Source: Gammaproteobacteria bacterium
GTDB taxonomy: Bacteria; Pseudomonadota; Gammaproteobacteria; Pseudomonadales; Balneatricaceae
Length of the DNA stretch: 64,000 bases
Direction of reading: 5' to 3'
NCBI GenBank assembly: GCA_024230095.1
Contig: JAAERS010000388.1
Span: forward strand, 9,298-73,297
The notes beneath the pieces were generated by a model. That model was not told where the DNA came from and searched no databases. It was given only the letters and a program-made list of their open reading frames with translations. Numbering within the stretch: the stretch's first letter is position 1; each line of letters begins with the position of its first letter. Position numbers and translations under genes: made by a program. Shown here piece after piece: positions 56,775 to 64,000 of the stretch.

Positions 56775-57740
56775 ATGTGTGCCAAACTAGCCTCATCAAA
56801 AGATTCTGATAGATTACCTTTCCACGGTTTGTCAGTCTTTGAAAGTGTCGCCAGAAATGGCTCAATGTCTTCATCTGCAAGGGCCCTAGGCTTAACCCAA
56901 CCCGCCGTTAGCCAAGCCCTAAGAAAGCTTGAGCAACAGTTGGGCATCAGCCTTTTGGTGCGCCATAGAAACGGTATAGATTTAACCAAAGAAGGCCAAG
57001 AATTATTTATGGTATGCGTACAAAGTTTTGACCAACTAGCCAACACAATCAACAACATACGCCGCCCAAGCAACAATCAACAAGTAGTAACACTTAGCCT
57101 ATCAACGGCTACAGCGACCTATTGGTTACTGCCCAAAATCGCCGACTTTTACCAACAGCACCCCAACACAGTGGTGAATATTGTTTCGCGCGACAACGAT
57201 AGTAATTTGGCTGCTCGTGGTTACGATCTAGCCATTCCTTTGTCAGCCACCCCCCTATCAGCTCAGGACTATCATATCTGGCCATTACTAGAGGAAGTTG
57301 TATACCCAGTATGTAGCCCAACTCTGCTAACAAACAAACAATTAGAGGCTAATAAGGTTGAAAAACAGCAATTATTGCAGCTCCCCCTGATTCATATGGT
57401 AAGCAGCCGTGAAGCCAGAATGAATTGGCAAGAATGGGTGCAAGCAACCAGCCAAACAACCCAATTAAGCCTGATTGATGAGGAAGTCGACCCCCACTTT
57501 AAGCGCGGACAAACATGCAGTGATTACTTTGTGGCTATATCCGCGGCTATTGCAGGCCAAGGCGTGGTGTTAGGCTGGAACCACATCATCAAAGACTTGT
57601 TGGATGACCAACGCCTTATTCGCTTAGGCTCATGTCAATGGCACAACAGCAACCCTTTCACATTAATAGCGCCTAGGCGCAAGGCACTTAGCCCAGCTGT
57701 TATCGCCCTTAAAGACTGGCTGCTAGAACAGGCTAATTAG
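56775..57740 (+). CDS. LysR-family transcriptional regulator (GcvA-like)
   Basis: wHTH region LSVFESVARNGSMSSSARALGLTQPAVSQALRKLE. It is divergent from MttB copy 2. Confidence 0.9.
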   Translation: MCAKLASSKDSDRLPFHGLSVFESVARNGSMSSSARALGLTQPAVSQALRKLEQQLGISLLVRHRNGIDLTKEGQELFMVCVQSFDQLANTINNIRRPSNNQQVVTLSLSTATATYWLLPKIADFYQQHPNTVVNIVSRDNDSNLAARGYDLAIPLSATPLSAQDYHIWPLLEEVVYPVCSPTLLTNKQLEANKVEKQQLLQLPLIHMVSSREARMNWQEWVQATSQTTQLSLIDEEVDPHFKRGQTCSDYFVAISAAIAGQGVVLGWNHIIKDLLDDQRLIRLGSCQWHNSNPFTLIAPRRKALSPAVIALKDWLLEQAN

Positions 57741-57771
57741 ATTAGCCCCTCGGGCCTAGCCCAGCCACGAA

Positions 57772-57802
57772 AAAGGCCACCTCCTTGCGGATAGTGGCCT
57801 TT
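57772..57802 (+). terminator. Hairpin AAAGGCCAC-(13 nt)-GTGGCCTTT after the LysR gene
   Basis: A 9-bp perfect stem with a large loop. Confidence 0.4.
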
Positions 57803-57812
57803 ATCACTAGTC

Positions 57813-57830
57813 AGCCCCTAAAAAGGGGCT
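57813..57830. terminator. Hairpin AGCCCCT-AAAA-AGGGGCT adjacent to the 3' end of the NCS2 permease gene
   Basis: A 7-bp perfect stem with no clear U-tract on either strand. Confidence 0.35.
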
Positions 57831-57839
57831 AATTGGGCA

Positions 57840-59192
57840 TCACTCACCCAATTCTTCAGGTAACACCTGATTAAGAACAATGGCCAATACCGCCGCTGGT
57901 AGTAGGCCAGAAACCATTAGAATCTTCATGGTTCCATCTAGGTGCTGAAGCGCTTCAGGTACCAACTGCAAACCTAAACCAACGGATAGGGATATGGCAA
58001 AGATCACCATATTACGACGATTCCAGTTAACATCTGACAGCATATTTATGCCGGCCGCACACACCATACCAAACATGACGATCACACCCCCACCCAATAC
58101 ATGAGTAGGAATGGTAGACACGATAGCTCCAACCTTTGGAATCAGTCCACAGACTACTAGGAACACCGCACCGATCGCAACCACACGGCGACTCATGACA
58201 CCGGTCATAGAAACCAGACCAACATTTTGACTAAAGGACGTATTAGGCAAGCCACCAAAGATGCCAGCCACGGCTGTTCCCAAGCCATCGGCATAGGTTG
58301 CACCAGTGATTTCTTTGTCGGTGGCTTCTCGGCCAGCACCACCTTTGGTAATTCCCGACACGTCACCTACGGTTTCAACAGCGGAGATAAAAGCCATAAA
58401 ACACATGCCAATTATAATGGCAGAGTTCCATTCAAAACCCCACTTAAAAGGCATGGGCAATTCGAACATGGCGGCATTGCCAACATTACCAAAACTCACT
58501 TGTCCCATGAAATAAGCAACAGCATAACCCGCCAGCATACCTATTAGCACTGCGGCTACCGATGCCATACCCTTGGTGAAGAATTTTAGCGCCAAGGTAA
58601 CACAAATGACCACCAAAGCAGGCCCCCACATAGCCATGCTACCAAAGGCTGGCTTACCCATGAGAGGCACACCACCGGCAGCATACTGAACCCCTACTTT
58701 TACCAACGCCAAACCGATCATCAATACAATGAGGCCGGTTACCAGTGGCGGTAAGGCAAAACGGATGCGCCCAATGAAACTACCTAAGAAAAAGTGAAAT
58801 ATACCTCCAAAAAGTATCCCGGTCATGAGCCCCCCAAGTCCAGCTACACCAAGCCCAGCAACGGCTGGAATCATGACGGGCAAGAATGCAAAAGAGGTAC
58901 CTTGAACAATGGGTAAACGCGCACCAATGGGTCCCATGCCAAGCGCTTGAAACAAGGTCGCAATACCAGCAAACAGCATGGACATCTGAATCATATAGAT
59001 CATGGTTGGAAAATCGGCAGAGTTGGAACCAAATCCAAATCCGGCAGCACCGGCTACGAGAATGGCGGGCGTAACATTGCTCGCAAACATAGCAAGTACA
59101 TGCTGAATACCCAGTGGTACGGCTTGTGCCATTGCTGGGGTATAATCCGGATCTCTTAATTGTTCCGGGGTTCCTAAGGTGGAATCGGCCAT
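57840..59192 (-). CDS. Nucleobase:cation symporter-2 (NCS2) family permease (xanthine/uracil/purine permease)
   Basis: 450 aa with 13-14 TM segments and NCS2-type motifs (QHVLAMF, FSQNVGLV). Confidence 0.85.
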   Translation of the reverse strand: MADSTLGTPEQLRDPDYTPAMAQAVPLGIQHVLAMFASNVTPAILVAGAAGFGFGSNSADFPTMIYMIQMSMLFAGIATLFQALGMGPIGARLPIVQGTSFAFLPVMIPAVAGLGVAGLGGLMTGILFGGIFHFFLGSFIGRIRFALPPLVTGLIVLMIGLALVKVGVQYAAGGVPLMGKPAFGSMAMWGPALVVICVTLALKFFTKGMASVAAVLIGMLAGYAVAYFMGQVSFGNVGNAAMFELPMPFKWGFEWNSAIIIGMCFMAFISAVETVGDVSGITKGGAGREATDKEITGATYADGLGTAVAGIFGGLPNTSFSQNVGLVSMTGVMSRRVVAIGAVFLVVCGLIPKVGAIVSTIPTHVLGGGVIVMFGMVCAAGINMLSDVNWNRRNMVIFAISLSVGLGLQLVPEALQHLDGTMKILMVSGLLPAAVLAIVLNQVLPEELGE

Positions 59193-59222
59193 AGCTGTTC
59201 TCCTATTTTATTTATATTGACA

Positions 59223-59238
59223 GCAAAATTAATTTTGC
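59223..59238. promoter_or_regulatory. Perfect 16-bp palindrome GCAAAATTAATTTTGC, 31 nt upstream of the NCS2 permease start
   Basis: Read directly from the sequence. Confidence 0.35.
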
Positions 59239-59262
59239 GCGAAATTGTATACAATCTGCGCA
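59236..59262. promoter_or_regulatory. Second palindrome: 12-bp core ATTGTATACAAT flanked by TGCGC/GCGCA arms
   Basis: Read directly from the sequence. It abuts and overlaps the first palindrome. Confidence 0.35.
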
Positions 59263-59352
59263 GTGTGAATTTAACGCGACTAAAGTCGATAATCAAGCCC
59301 CTACTTAACTATTAACGTCCTAGGAAAAGCTCATTTTTTTATTAACTCAGAC

Positions 59353-59381
59353 TTGTTGCAACGAGGCGTAAGGTTTAAAAT
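59353..59381 (+). promoter_or_regulatory. Candidate sigma70 promoter TTGTTG-17 nt-TAAAAT
   Basis: Hexamers and spacing were read by eye. The predicted start falls at or near the A of the ATG at 59388. Confidence 0.3.
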
Positions 59382-59387
59382 ACTCCT

Positions 59388-59471
59388 ATGTACTCTGCTC
59401 AGCACCTTAAACTCAAAGTCAAAAAACCCAAAACAACGTTTTGGTGGCTTGGTGCTACGCAGATGATCTAA
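59388..59471 (+). other. Candidate 27-codon leader ORF MYSAQHLKLKVKKPKTTFWWLGATQMI
   Basis: An ATG..TAA ORF with 5 Lys codons within 8 positions and a tandem TGG TGG. It has no Shine-Dalgarno sequence, so it would need to be leaderless. Confidence 0.25.
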
Positions 59472-59482
59472 GAGAAATCTGT

Positions 59483-59515
59483 AAAAACCCGGTCGCTAGG
59501 CGATCGGGTTTTTTT
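59483..59515 (+). terminator. Strong intrinsic terminator (CCCGGTCGC-TAG-GCGATCGGG followed by T7) with no upstream protein gene on this strand; 40 nt before dapA
   Basis: A 9-bp stem with one G.U pair, a 3-nt loop and seven Ts. It is preceded by A5. Confidence 0.75.
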
Positions 59516-59555
59516 ACGCCCGCAACCAGCGTACCTAACAAACTAGGAGACCTTC

Positions 59556-60422
59556 ATGTTCAGCGGTTCATATGTAGCCTTGGTAACCCCCTTTAAAAAC
59601 GGCAGGTTAGACGAAGACGCCATGCGGCGCATCGTTAATTGGCAGTTAGAAAAAGGGACCAATGGCCTGGTGCCTGTTGGCACTACCGGCGAATCCCCTA
59701 CGCTCAGTGAATCCGAACACAAACGCGTGGTAGAAATCACCGTTGCAGAAGCCAATGGCCGTGTGCCAGTCATTGCCGGCGCCGGTTCCAACAACCCCGT
59801 TGAAGCTCTAGCCTATGCGCAACACGCCAAAGAAGCAGGTGCTGATGCCATCCTATGCGTCGCGGGGTACTACAACCGCCCTAATCAAGATGGCCTGTAT
59901 GCCCACTTTGAGTATATCCACAACAATGTGGACATCCCTATGGTGATTTACAACATTCCACCTCGCGCCATCGTCGATATAGAACCGGCCACTATGGCAA
60001 AACTGGCCGCACTCAAGAATGTTGTAGGCGTTAAAGACGCCACTGGCGACCTTGCTCGCATAACCCTCGAGCGCATGGCTCTAGGCGATAACTTTGCCTA
60101 CTTGTCAGGTGAAGACATGACGGCCATAGCCTATAACGTATCTGGTGGTAACGGCTGCATCTCGGTAACCGCTAACGTCGCTCCTACCCGTTGTGCCGCC
60201 ATGCAAGCGGCCTGTGCGGCAGGCGACTACACGCAAGCGTTACGCATCAGTGATGAATTAGCGCCTCTACATAAGGCCATGTTTGCCGAACCAAGCCCCG
60301 CTGGTGCTAAGTACGCCGCGTCACTCTTAGGCTTGTGCTCTGAAGAAACTCGCATGCCTATCATGCCACTGAGTGCCAACAGCAAAGCAACACTTGATAG
60401 TTTGCAACATTTGTTGGGCTAA
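59556..60422 (+). CDS. dapA: 4-hydroxy-tetrahydrodipicolinate synthase
   Basis: AGGAGA RBS. DapA motifs are present: GTTGES, YNIPPR and GVKDATGD (Schiff-base Lys context). 288 aa. Confidence 0.85.
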   Translation: MFSGSYVALVTPFKNGRLDEDAMRRIVNWQLEKGTNGLVPVGTTGESPTLSESEHKRVVEITVAEANGRVPVIAGAGSNNPVEALAYAQHAKEAGADAILCVAGYYNRPNQDGLYAHFEYIHNNVDIPMVIYNIPPRAIVDIEPATMAKLAALKNVVGVKDATGDLARITLERMALGDNFAYLSGEDMTAIAYNVSGGNGCISVTANVAPTRCAAMQAACAAGDYTQALRISDELAPLHKAMFAEPSPAGAKYAASLLGLCSEETRMPIMPLSANSKATLDSLQHLLG

Positions 60423-60433
60423 TACAGCAATAA

Positions 60434-60466
60434 AAAAGGGGCTGATGAATGTCATCTACCCCTTTA
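60434..60466. terminator. Bidirectional terminator-like hairpin between convergent dapA and purC
   Basis: AAAAGGGG..GATGA-ATG-TCATC..CCCCTTT, with A and T runs on either side. Confidence 0.55.
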
Positions 60467-60506
60467 TGATGCTTTTCAAGGTCACTTAAGGCTTTCGCCT
60501 TACTAC

Positions 60507-61610
60507 CTACAAAATCAACCCATAATGCTCGTTCAACACATCTATAATCTCACCTTTGGGGTTATCGCTTAGCACGATAGACTGCCCGGTGATCATTTCT
60601 GCAATACCCGTATAGGTATCCGATACCGCTTTAATAGCAGCCAATGGTAAGGCATTATCGCGTGCTAAGGCTTCCCTTTCAGACATACGATCCTTATTTA
60701 GCAAAATGTCTGCATCGGAAAAATAATTCAGCAAAAACTGCCGGAAACCCTCTTTCGAATTTTCCACAATTTTGCCTTGGCGCAAAGCGGCAGCTTCCCA
60801 TATGCGGGATGAATCAGGAGTCCCGACCTCATCCATATAAATAAGTTTTTCATTACCACTGGCATCTGTCACGTAACCAAATTCAAATTTTGTGTCAACG
60901 AATATCTGATCAATTGCCGCCAGATCACGAGAAATAACTGAAAAGCCTTCCTGTAACAAGGTTTCGTAACGACAAATATCTACCGCTGAGGAAAAACCAA
61001 AAGCCTGATAATTCGCTTCGATATCAGCCCGCTTTACGTTCACATCGTCGGCCTCAGGCACGCCTGGAATACCTCTCAAAACCCCTTTGGTTGACGGTGT
61101 AATCATGAGCTCTGGCAAACACTGGTTGGCGTGCAAACCATCAGGCAGCTGTATACCACAGAATTCACGCTCGCCCTTCTCATAAGCACGCCACATACTA
61201 CCTGTAATGTACTGACGCGCAATCGCTTCCACCATAACCGGGCGGGCTTTTTGCACGATCCAAACAAAAGGGTGAGGAATATCCACAATATGACTATCAG
61301 CTAGGCCTTGTTCACGGAATCGTCCAAACCAGTGATTGGCGATGGCATTCAATGCCGCACCCTTACCCGGCACACCGTGTAGACCACCTTCCGCATGCCA
61401 AACACAATCAAAAGCCGAAATGCGATCACTAATAATCATCACTGCCAAGGGCGCATCAGCGCGCAGATCATAGCCTTTTTGCGCTATCAAACGCTGACTA
61501 TCCGCATCACTCAGCCAGTAAACACTGCGCACCTTACCACTATGGACAGGGCCTGCTGTGCGAATAGGCAAATCATCATTGACGGCTAAAACTTGTGAAG
61601 CAGTGGGCAT
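60507..61610 (-). CDS. purC: Phosphoribosylaminoimidazole-succinocarboxamide (SAICAR) synthase, long Vibrio-type form
   Basis: [31 protein letters not shown] and the rest of the protein are near-collinear with the 367-aa Vibrio PurC as I recall it. Confidence 0.9.
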   Translation of the reverse strand: MPTASQVLAVNDDLPIRTAGPVHSGKVRSVYWLSDADSQRLIAQKGYDLRADAPLAVMIISDRISAFDCVWHAEGGLHGVPGKGAALNAIANHWFGRFREQGLADSHIVDIPHPFVWIVQKARPVMVEAIARQYITGSMWRAYEKGEREFCGIQLPDGLHANQCLPELMITPSTKGVLRGIPGVPEADDVNVKRADIEANYQAFGFSSAVDICRYETLLQEGFSVISRDLAAIDQIFVDTKFEFGYVTDASGNEKLIYMDEVGTPDSSRIWEAAALRQGKIVENSKEGFRQFLLNYFSDADILLNKDRMSEREALARDNALPLAAIKAVSDTYTGIAEMITGQSIVLSDNPKGEIIDVLNEHYGLIL

Positions 61611-61696
61611 GCAGGCCTCTCTGGTAGAAAACAAAGCAGAACGCTAAAATTGGAGAGTGAATTTTAACAAAATAAGCCTGCTATTTATAGCCCAAT

Positions 61697-62614
61697 TTAT
61701 CTCGTCAGCCTTGCATCTGCAGCAACAATGTCTTGCAAACAAGCCACTACAACCCGCATGTGGGGGGCCTCCAGCAAGCCTTTACCCACCACCACTTGCC
61801 AACTAATATCTGTCGCTTCAGCTTGCACTGGGCGCACGCATAAATCATACACACGAGCATAATATTGTGCCGTCCAGTTGGGCAGCACGGTGACACCCTG
61901 ACCATCACTTACCAGAGCTAACACGGCTTCGGTAACTCCTGCCCGAACAACTTGACTAGGTAACAAGTCATGAGGTCGGAACAAGCGCTCGTACTCGCGC
62001 CCAGCTTCTGGATTGGTATGGTGTGCGATATACGTTTCTTGAATAATATCTTGCAGTTTCACACTAGTCTGGCCTTGCCATACGTGATTAGCCTGTGCGA
62101 CCACAACCAACTGATCTTCAAATACCGGCACTGAGTCTAGATCCTTAGCCATCACATCACCAGACACCAACGCCATATCAACGTTATGGCGCCGCACGGC
62201 TGTAATGGGGTCCAAGCCAGTATCAGCGACCAACTGCACACCAATATCAGGATACTGGAGTGCCATTTTGCGAACTAACTGAGGCAACCACAAGGCGCTA
62301 GCATACACCTGCAGGCCCAAGCGAACATTGTGCTTTATACCAGCACTTAGTTGAGCTATATGTTGTTCAGTATGCTCCAACTCTGCCAATATGACGTGAG
62401 CCGCATGCGCAACCCTTTGCCCGGCGTTGGTCGCCACTAGGCGTTTGTTTTGGCGTAGGTATAAGTCTGTATCAAGCAAACGTTCGGCTTCGCGAATACG
62501 ATGACTCAAAGCCGACTGCGATACCTGCAGTTTAAAGGCCGCCTCAGAAACACTTCCCGTTTGCTGTAAAGCACGAATCATTTGCAACTGACGCATGGTC
62601 AATCGAGTAGGCAT
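61697..62614 (-). CDS. LysR-family transcriptional regulator
   Basis: N-terminal wHTH (LQMIRALQQTGSVSEAAFKLQVSQSALSHRIREAE). It is divergent from kynA. Confidence 0.9.
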   Translation of the reverse strand: MPTRLTMRQLQMIRALQQTGSVSEAAFKLQVSQSALSHRIREAERLLDTDLYLRQNKRLVATNAGQRVAHAAHVILAELEHTEQHIAQLSAGIKHNVRLGLQVYASALWLPQLVRKMALQYPDIGVQLVADTGLDPITAVRRHNVDMALVSGDVMAKDLDSVPVFEDQLVVVAQANHVWQGQTSVKLQDIIQETYIAHHTNPEAGREYERLFRPHDLLPSQVVRAGVTEAVLALVSDGQGVTVLPNWTAQYYARVYDLCVRPVQAEATDISWQVVVGKGLLEAPHMRVVVACLQDIVAADARLTR

Positions 62615-62660
62615 AAAGACCCCTTAAAATTCTTTTTATATGCATTTTATTCATGAATAT

Positions 62661-62697
62661 AACAAATATTATGATATATACAACATGTATATTTGTT
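62661..62697. promoter_or_regulatory. Inverted repeat AACAAATAT-(19 nt)-ATATTTGTT in the LysR/kynA divergent region
   Basis: Perfect 9-bp arms in an AT-rich context. Confidence 0.3.
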
Positions 62698-62758
62698 TCT
62701 ACACTATTGGCTATTAGCTATACGCTCCACTAAACCGTTCAAAAGCAAAGGCACAATA

Positions 62759-63592
62759 ATGAAAAATGCAATCGATGTGACGGATGAATCCAGCATTCAC
62801 TGGCAGCAAGACATGAGTTATGGCCAATACCTGCAACTAGAGCCCTTGTTAGGCCTGCAACAGCAACGCAGTGATCAACATGACGAAATGTTGTTTATTG
62901 TCATCCATCAGGCCTCTGAGTTATGGATGAAATTGTGTTTACACGAAGCCCATGCTGCTGCGGCTCAAATTGGACAGGATAACCTACGCCCCGCATTCAA
63001 AATGCTGACGCGCATAGCCCGCATTCAACAACAATTAATCAACGCCTGGGAAGTCTTGGTAACCATGACTCCTGCTGATTACAGTGCTTTTCGCGACAGC
63101 TTAGGCCAAAGCTCTGGATTTCAATCCTACCAATATCGCGAGCTTGAATTCCTGCTTGGTAATAAGAACGCCAAGTTAATTGAGGCCCACAAAGGCCACC
63201 CTGATCATTACCAACACCTGCAAGCGGTATTAAAGGCACCTAGTTTATACGACATCTGCCTGCAGCTACTCAAGCAGCGGGGCTTTGCCATTGACAGCAG
63301 TATTCTAGAGCGAGATGCTAGCGAACCTTATATCAGCCATCCGAGTGTGGAAGCAGCCTGGCTGCAGGTCTATAACAACACCGAACAGTACTGGGACTTA
63401 TATGAGCTAGCCGAAAAGCTAGTAGACCTGGAACACCATTTTCAGCAATGGCGGTTTAATCACATGAAAACCGTAGAGCGCATCATTGGCTATAAACAAG
63501 GTACCGGTGGAACAGCGGGAGTGCACTACCTGCAAAAAGCCTTATCCCTACAGTTTTTTCCCGAATTATGGTCCGTTAGAACCAGTATTTAG
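62759..63592 (+). CDS. kynA: Tryptophan 2,3-dioxygenase
   Basis: MSYGQYLQLEPLL..Q......HDEMLFIVIHQ.SELWMKL and GTGGT.G..YL motifs of bacterial TDO. The ATG at 62759 is preferred over the TTG at 62693, which lies inside the AT-rich repeat. Confidence 0.85.
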   Translation: MKNAIDVTDESSIHWQQDMSYGQYLQLEPLLGLQQQRSDQHDEMLFIVIHQASELWMKLCLHEAHAAAAQIGQDNLRPAFKMLTRIARIQQQLINAWEVLVTMTPADYSAFRDSLGQSSGFQSYQYRELEFLLGNKNAKLIEAHKGHPDHYQHLQAVLKAPSLYDICLQLLKQRGFAIDSSILERDASEPYISHPSVEAAWLQVYNNTEQYWDLYELAEKLVDLEHHFQQWRFNHMKTVERIIGYKQGTGGTAGVHYLQKALSLQFFPELWSVRTSI

Positions 63593-63626
63593 TCCCCAAT
63601 AACCAATTCAGTCAACTGAGCCCACT

Positions 63627-64000
63627 ATGACCAATATAGATTTGACCTATCTGCAAAATTTAGATGCCGTTGATCCGTTAGCATCCAAGCGCCATGCTTT
63701 TGATCTGCAAGACGATCTAATCTACCTCGATGGTAATTCTTTGGGTGCTCTGCCAAAAGCCACCCCAGCCGCTCTACAAACCGTGGTAAAAGAACAATGG
63801 GGCAAAAGCCTAATCCGTAGCTGGAACAGCCATAACTGGATGCAACAACCCACCCAGCTTGGCGACCGTATTGGGCAGCTAATTGGCGCGGACAAGGGGC
63901 AAACCCTGGTCTGCGACACCACTTCAGTGAATATTTTCAAACTGGCCGCGGCCGCGGTGGCAATGCGCCCCGGGCGCAGAAAGCTAGTCACAGAAACCGG
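63627..64000 (+). CDS. kynU: Kynureninase, N-terminal fragment (continues beyond the window)
   Basis: I translated this by hand: MTNIDLTYLQNLDAVDPLASKRHAFDLQDDLIYLDGNSLGALPKATP...LIRSWN...LVCDTTSVNIFKL. This is the typical KynU N-terminus. The ORF is open to the window end. Confidence 0.8.
   Translation, partial: MTNIDLTYLQNLDAVDPLASKRHAFDLQDDLIYLDGNSLGALPKATPAALQTVVKEQWGKSLIRSWNSHNWMQQPTQLGDRIGQLIGADKGQTLVCDTTSVNIFKLAAAAVAMRPGRRKLVTET

Noticed and set aside
59193-59330. A purine riboswitch might sit in front of the NCS2 permease.
   Set aside because: On the minus strand, the leader between the likely promoter and the start codon is short. I could not find the conserved three-way-junction purine aptamer motifs. 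The palindromes look like protein operators instead.
59388-59555. A lysine (L-box) riboswitch might sit in front of dapA.
   Set aside because: The candidate leader is only about 125 nt, against roughly 180 nt for the five-helix L-box. I could not recognise L-box core motifs by eye. An Rfam scan would still be the decisive check.
1-64000. The window might contain a genomic island, prophage or mobile element.
   Set aside because: I saw no integrase, transposase, recombinase, tRNA gene, phage structural gene or long terminal repeat. The only decay signatures are two small pseudogene remnants.

Overview
This 64 kb window is a gene-dense chromosomal stretch that looks like a marine gammaproteobacterium. 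I infer that from Vibrio-type long PurC and from AvtA, YfcG-like GST and YedI/DUF808 homologues. About 60 protein genes are present, almost all metabolic, transport or regulatory. I found no rRNA, tRNA, CRISPR array, transposase, integrase or phage gene.

Reading left to right:
- An inositol-type sugar ABC transporter plus iolC/iolB/iolJ-like catabolic genes.
- A DMGDH-type FAD/folate enzyme translationally coupled to a non-pyrrolysine MttB-family methyltransferase.
- LysR plus an amidase.
- An 8-gene minus-strand operon that closely matches the CoA-dependent aerobic anthranilate (2-aminobenzoyl-CoA monooxygenase/reductase) pathway known from Azoarcus.
- ABC exporters, an asparaginase-II and an agmatinase-family enzyme.
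- A stand-alone glutathionylspermidine-amidase-like CHAP protein.
- avtA, then a loosely packed GNAT / cysH / patatin-like region.
- A decayed SDR pseudogene.
- A beta-alanine (aminotransferase / mmsA / LysR) module.
- aspC, then a GlxA-type regulator with a solitary SoxB-like oxidase.
- A second MttB paralogue with its own LysR.
- An NCS2 permease, dapA, purC, and LysR-kynA-kynU at the right edge.

The most interesting items are:
1. The anthranilate-CoA operon together with kynA/kynU in the same window.
2. Two MttB-family genes with no corrinoid partner, one fused into an operon with a DMGDH-like gene.
3. An orphan intrinsic terminator, preceded by a Lys/Trp-rich mini-ORF, just upstream of dapA.

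All calls come from reading the supplied translations and the DNA by eye. No similarity search was run, and start codons are judgement calls.
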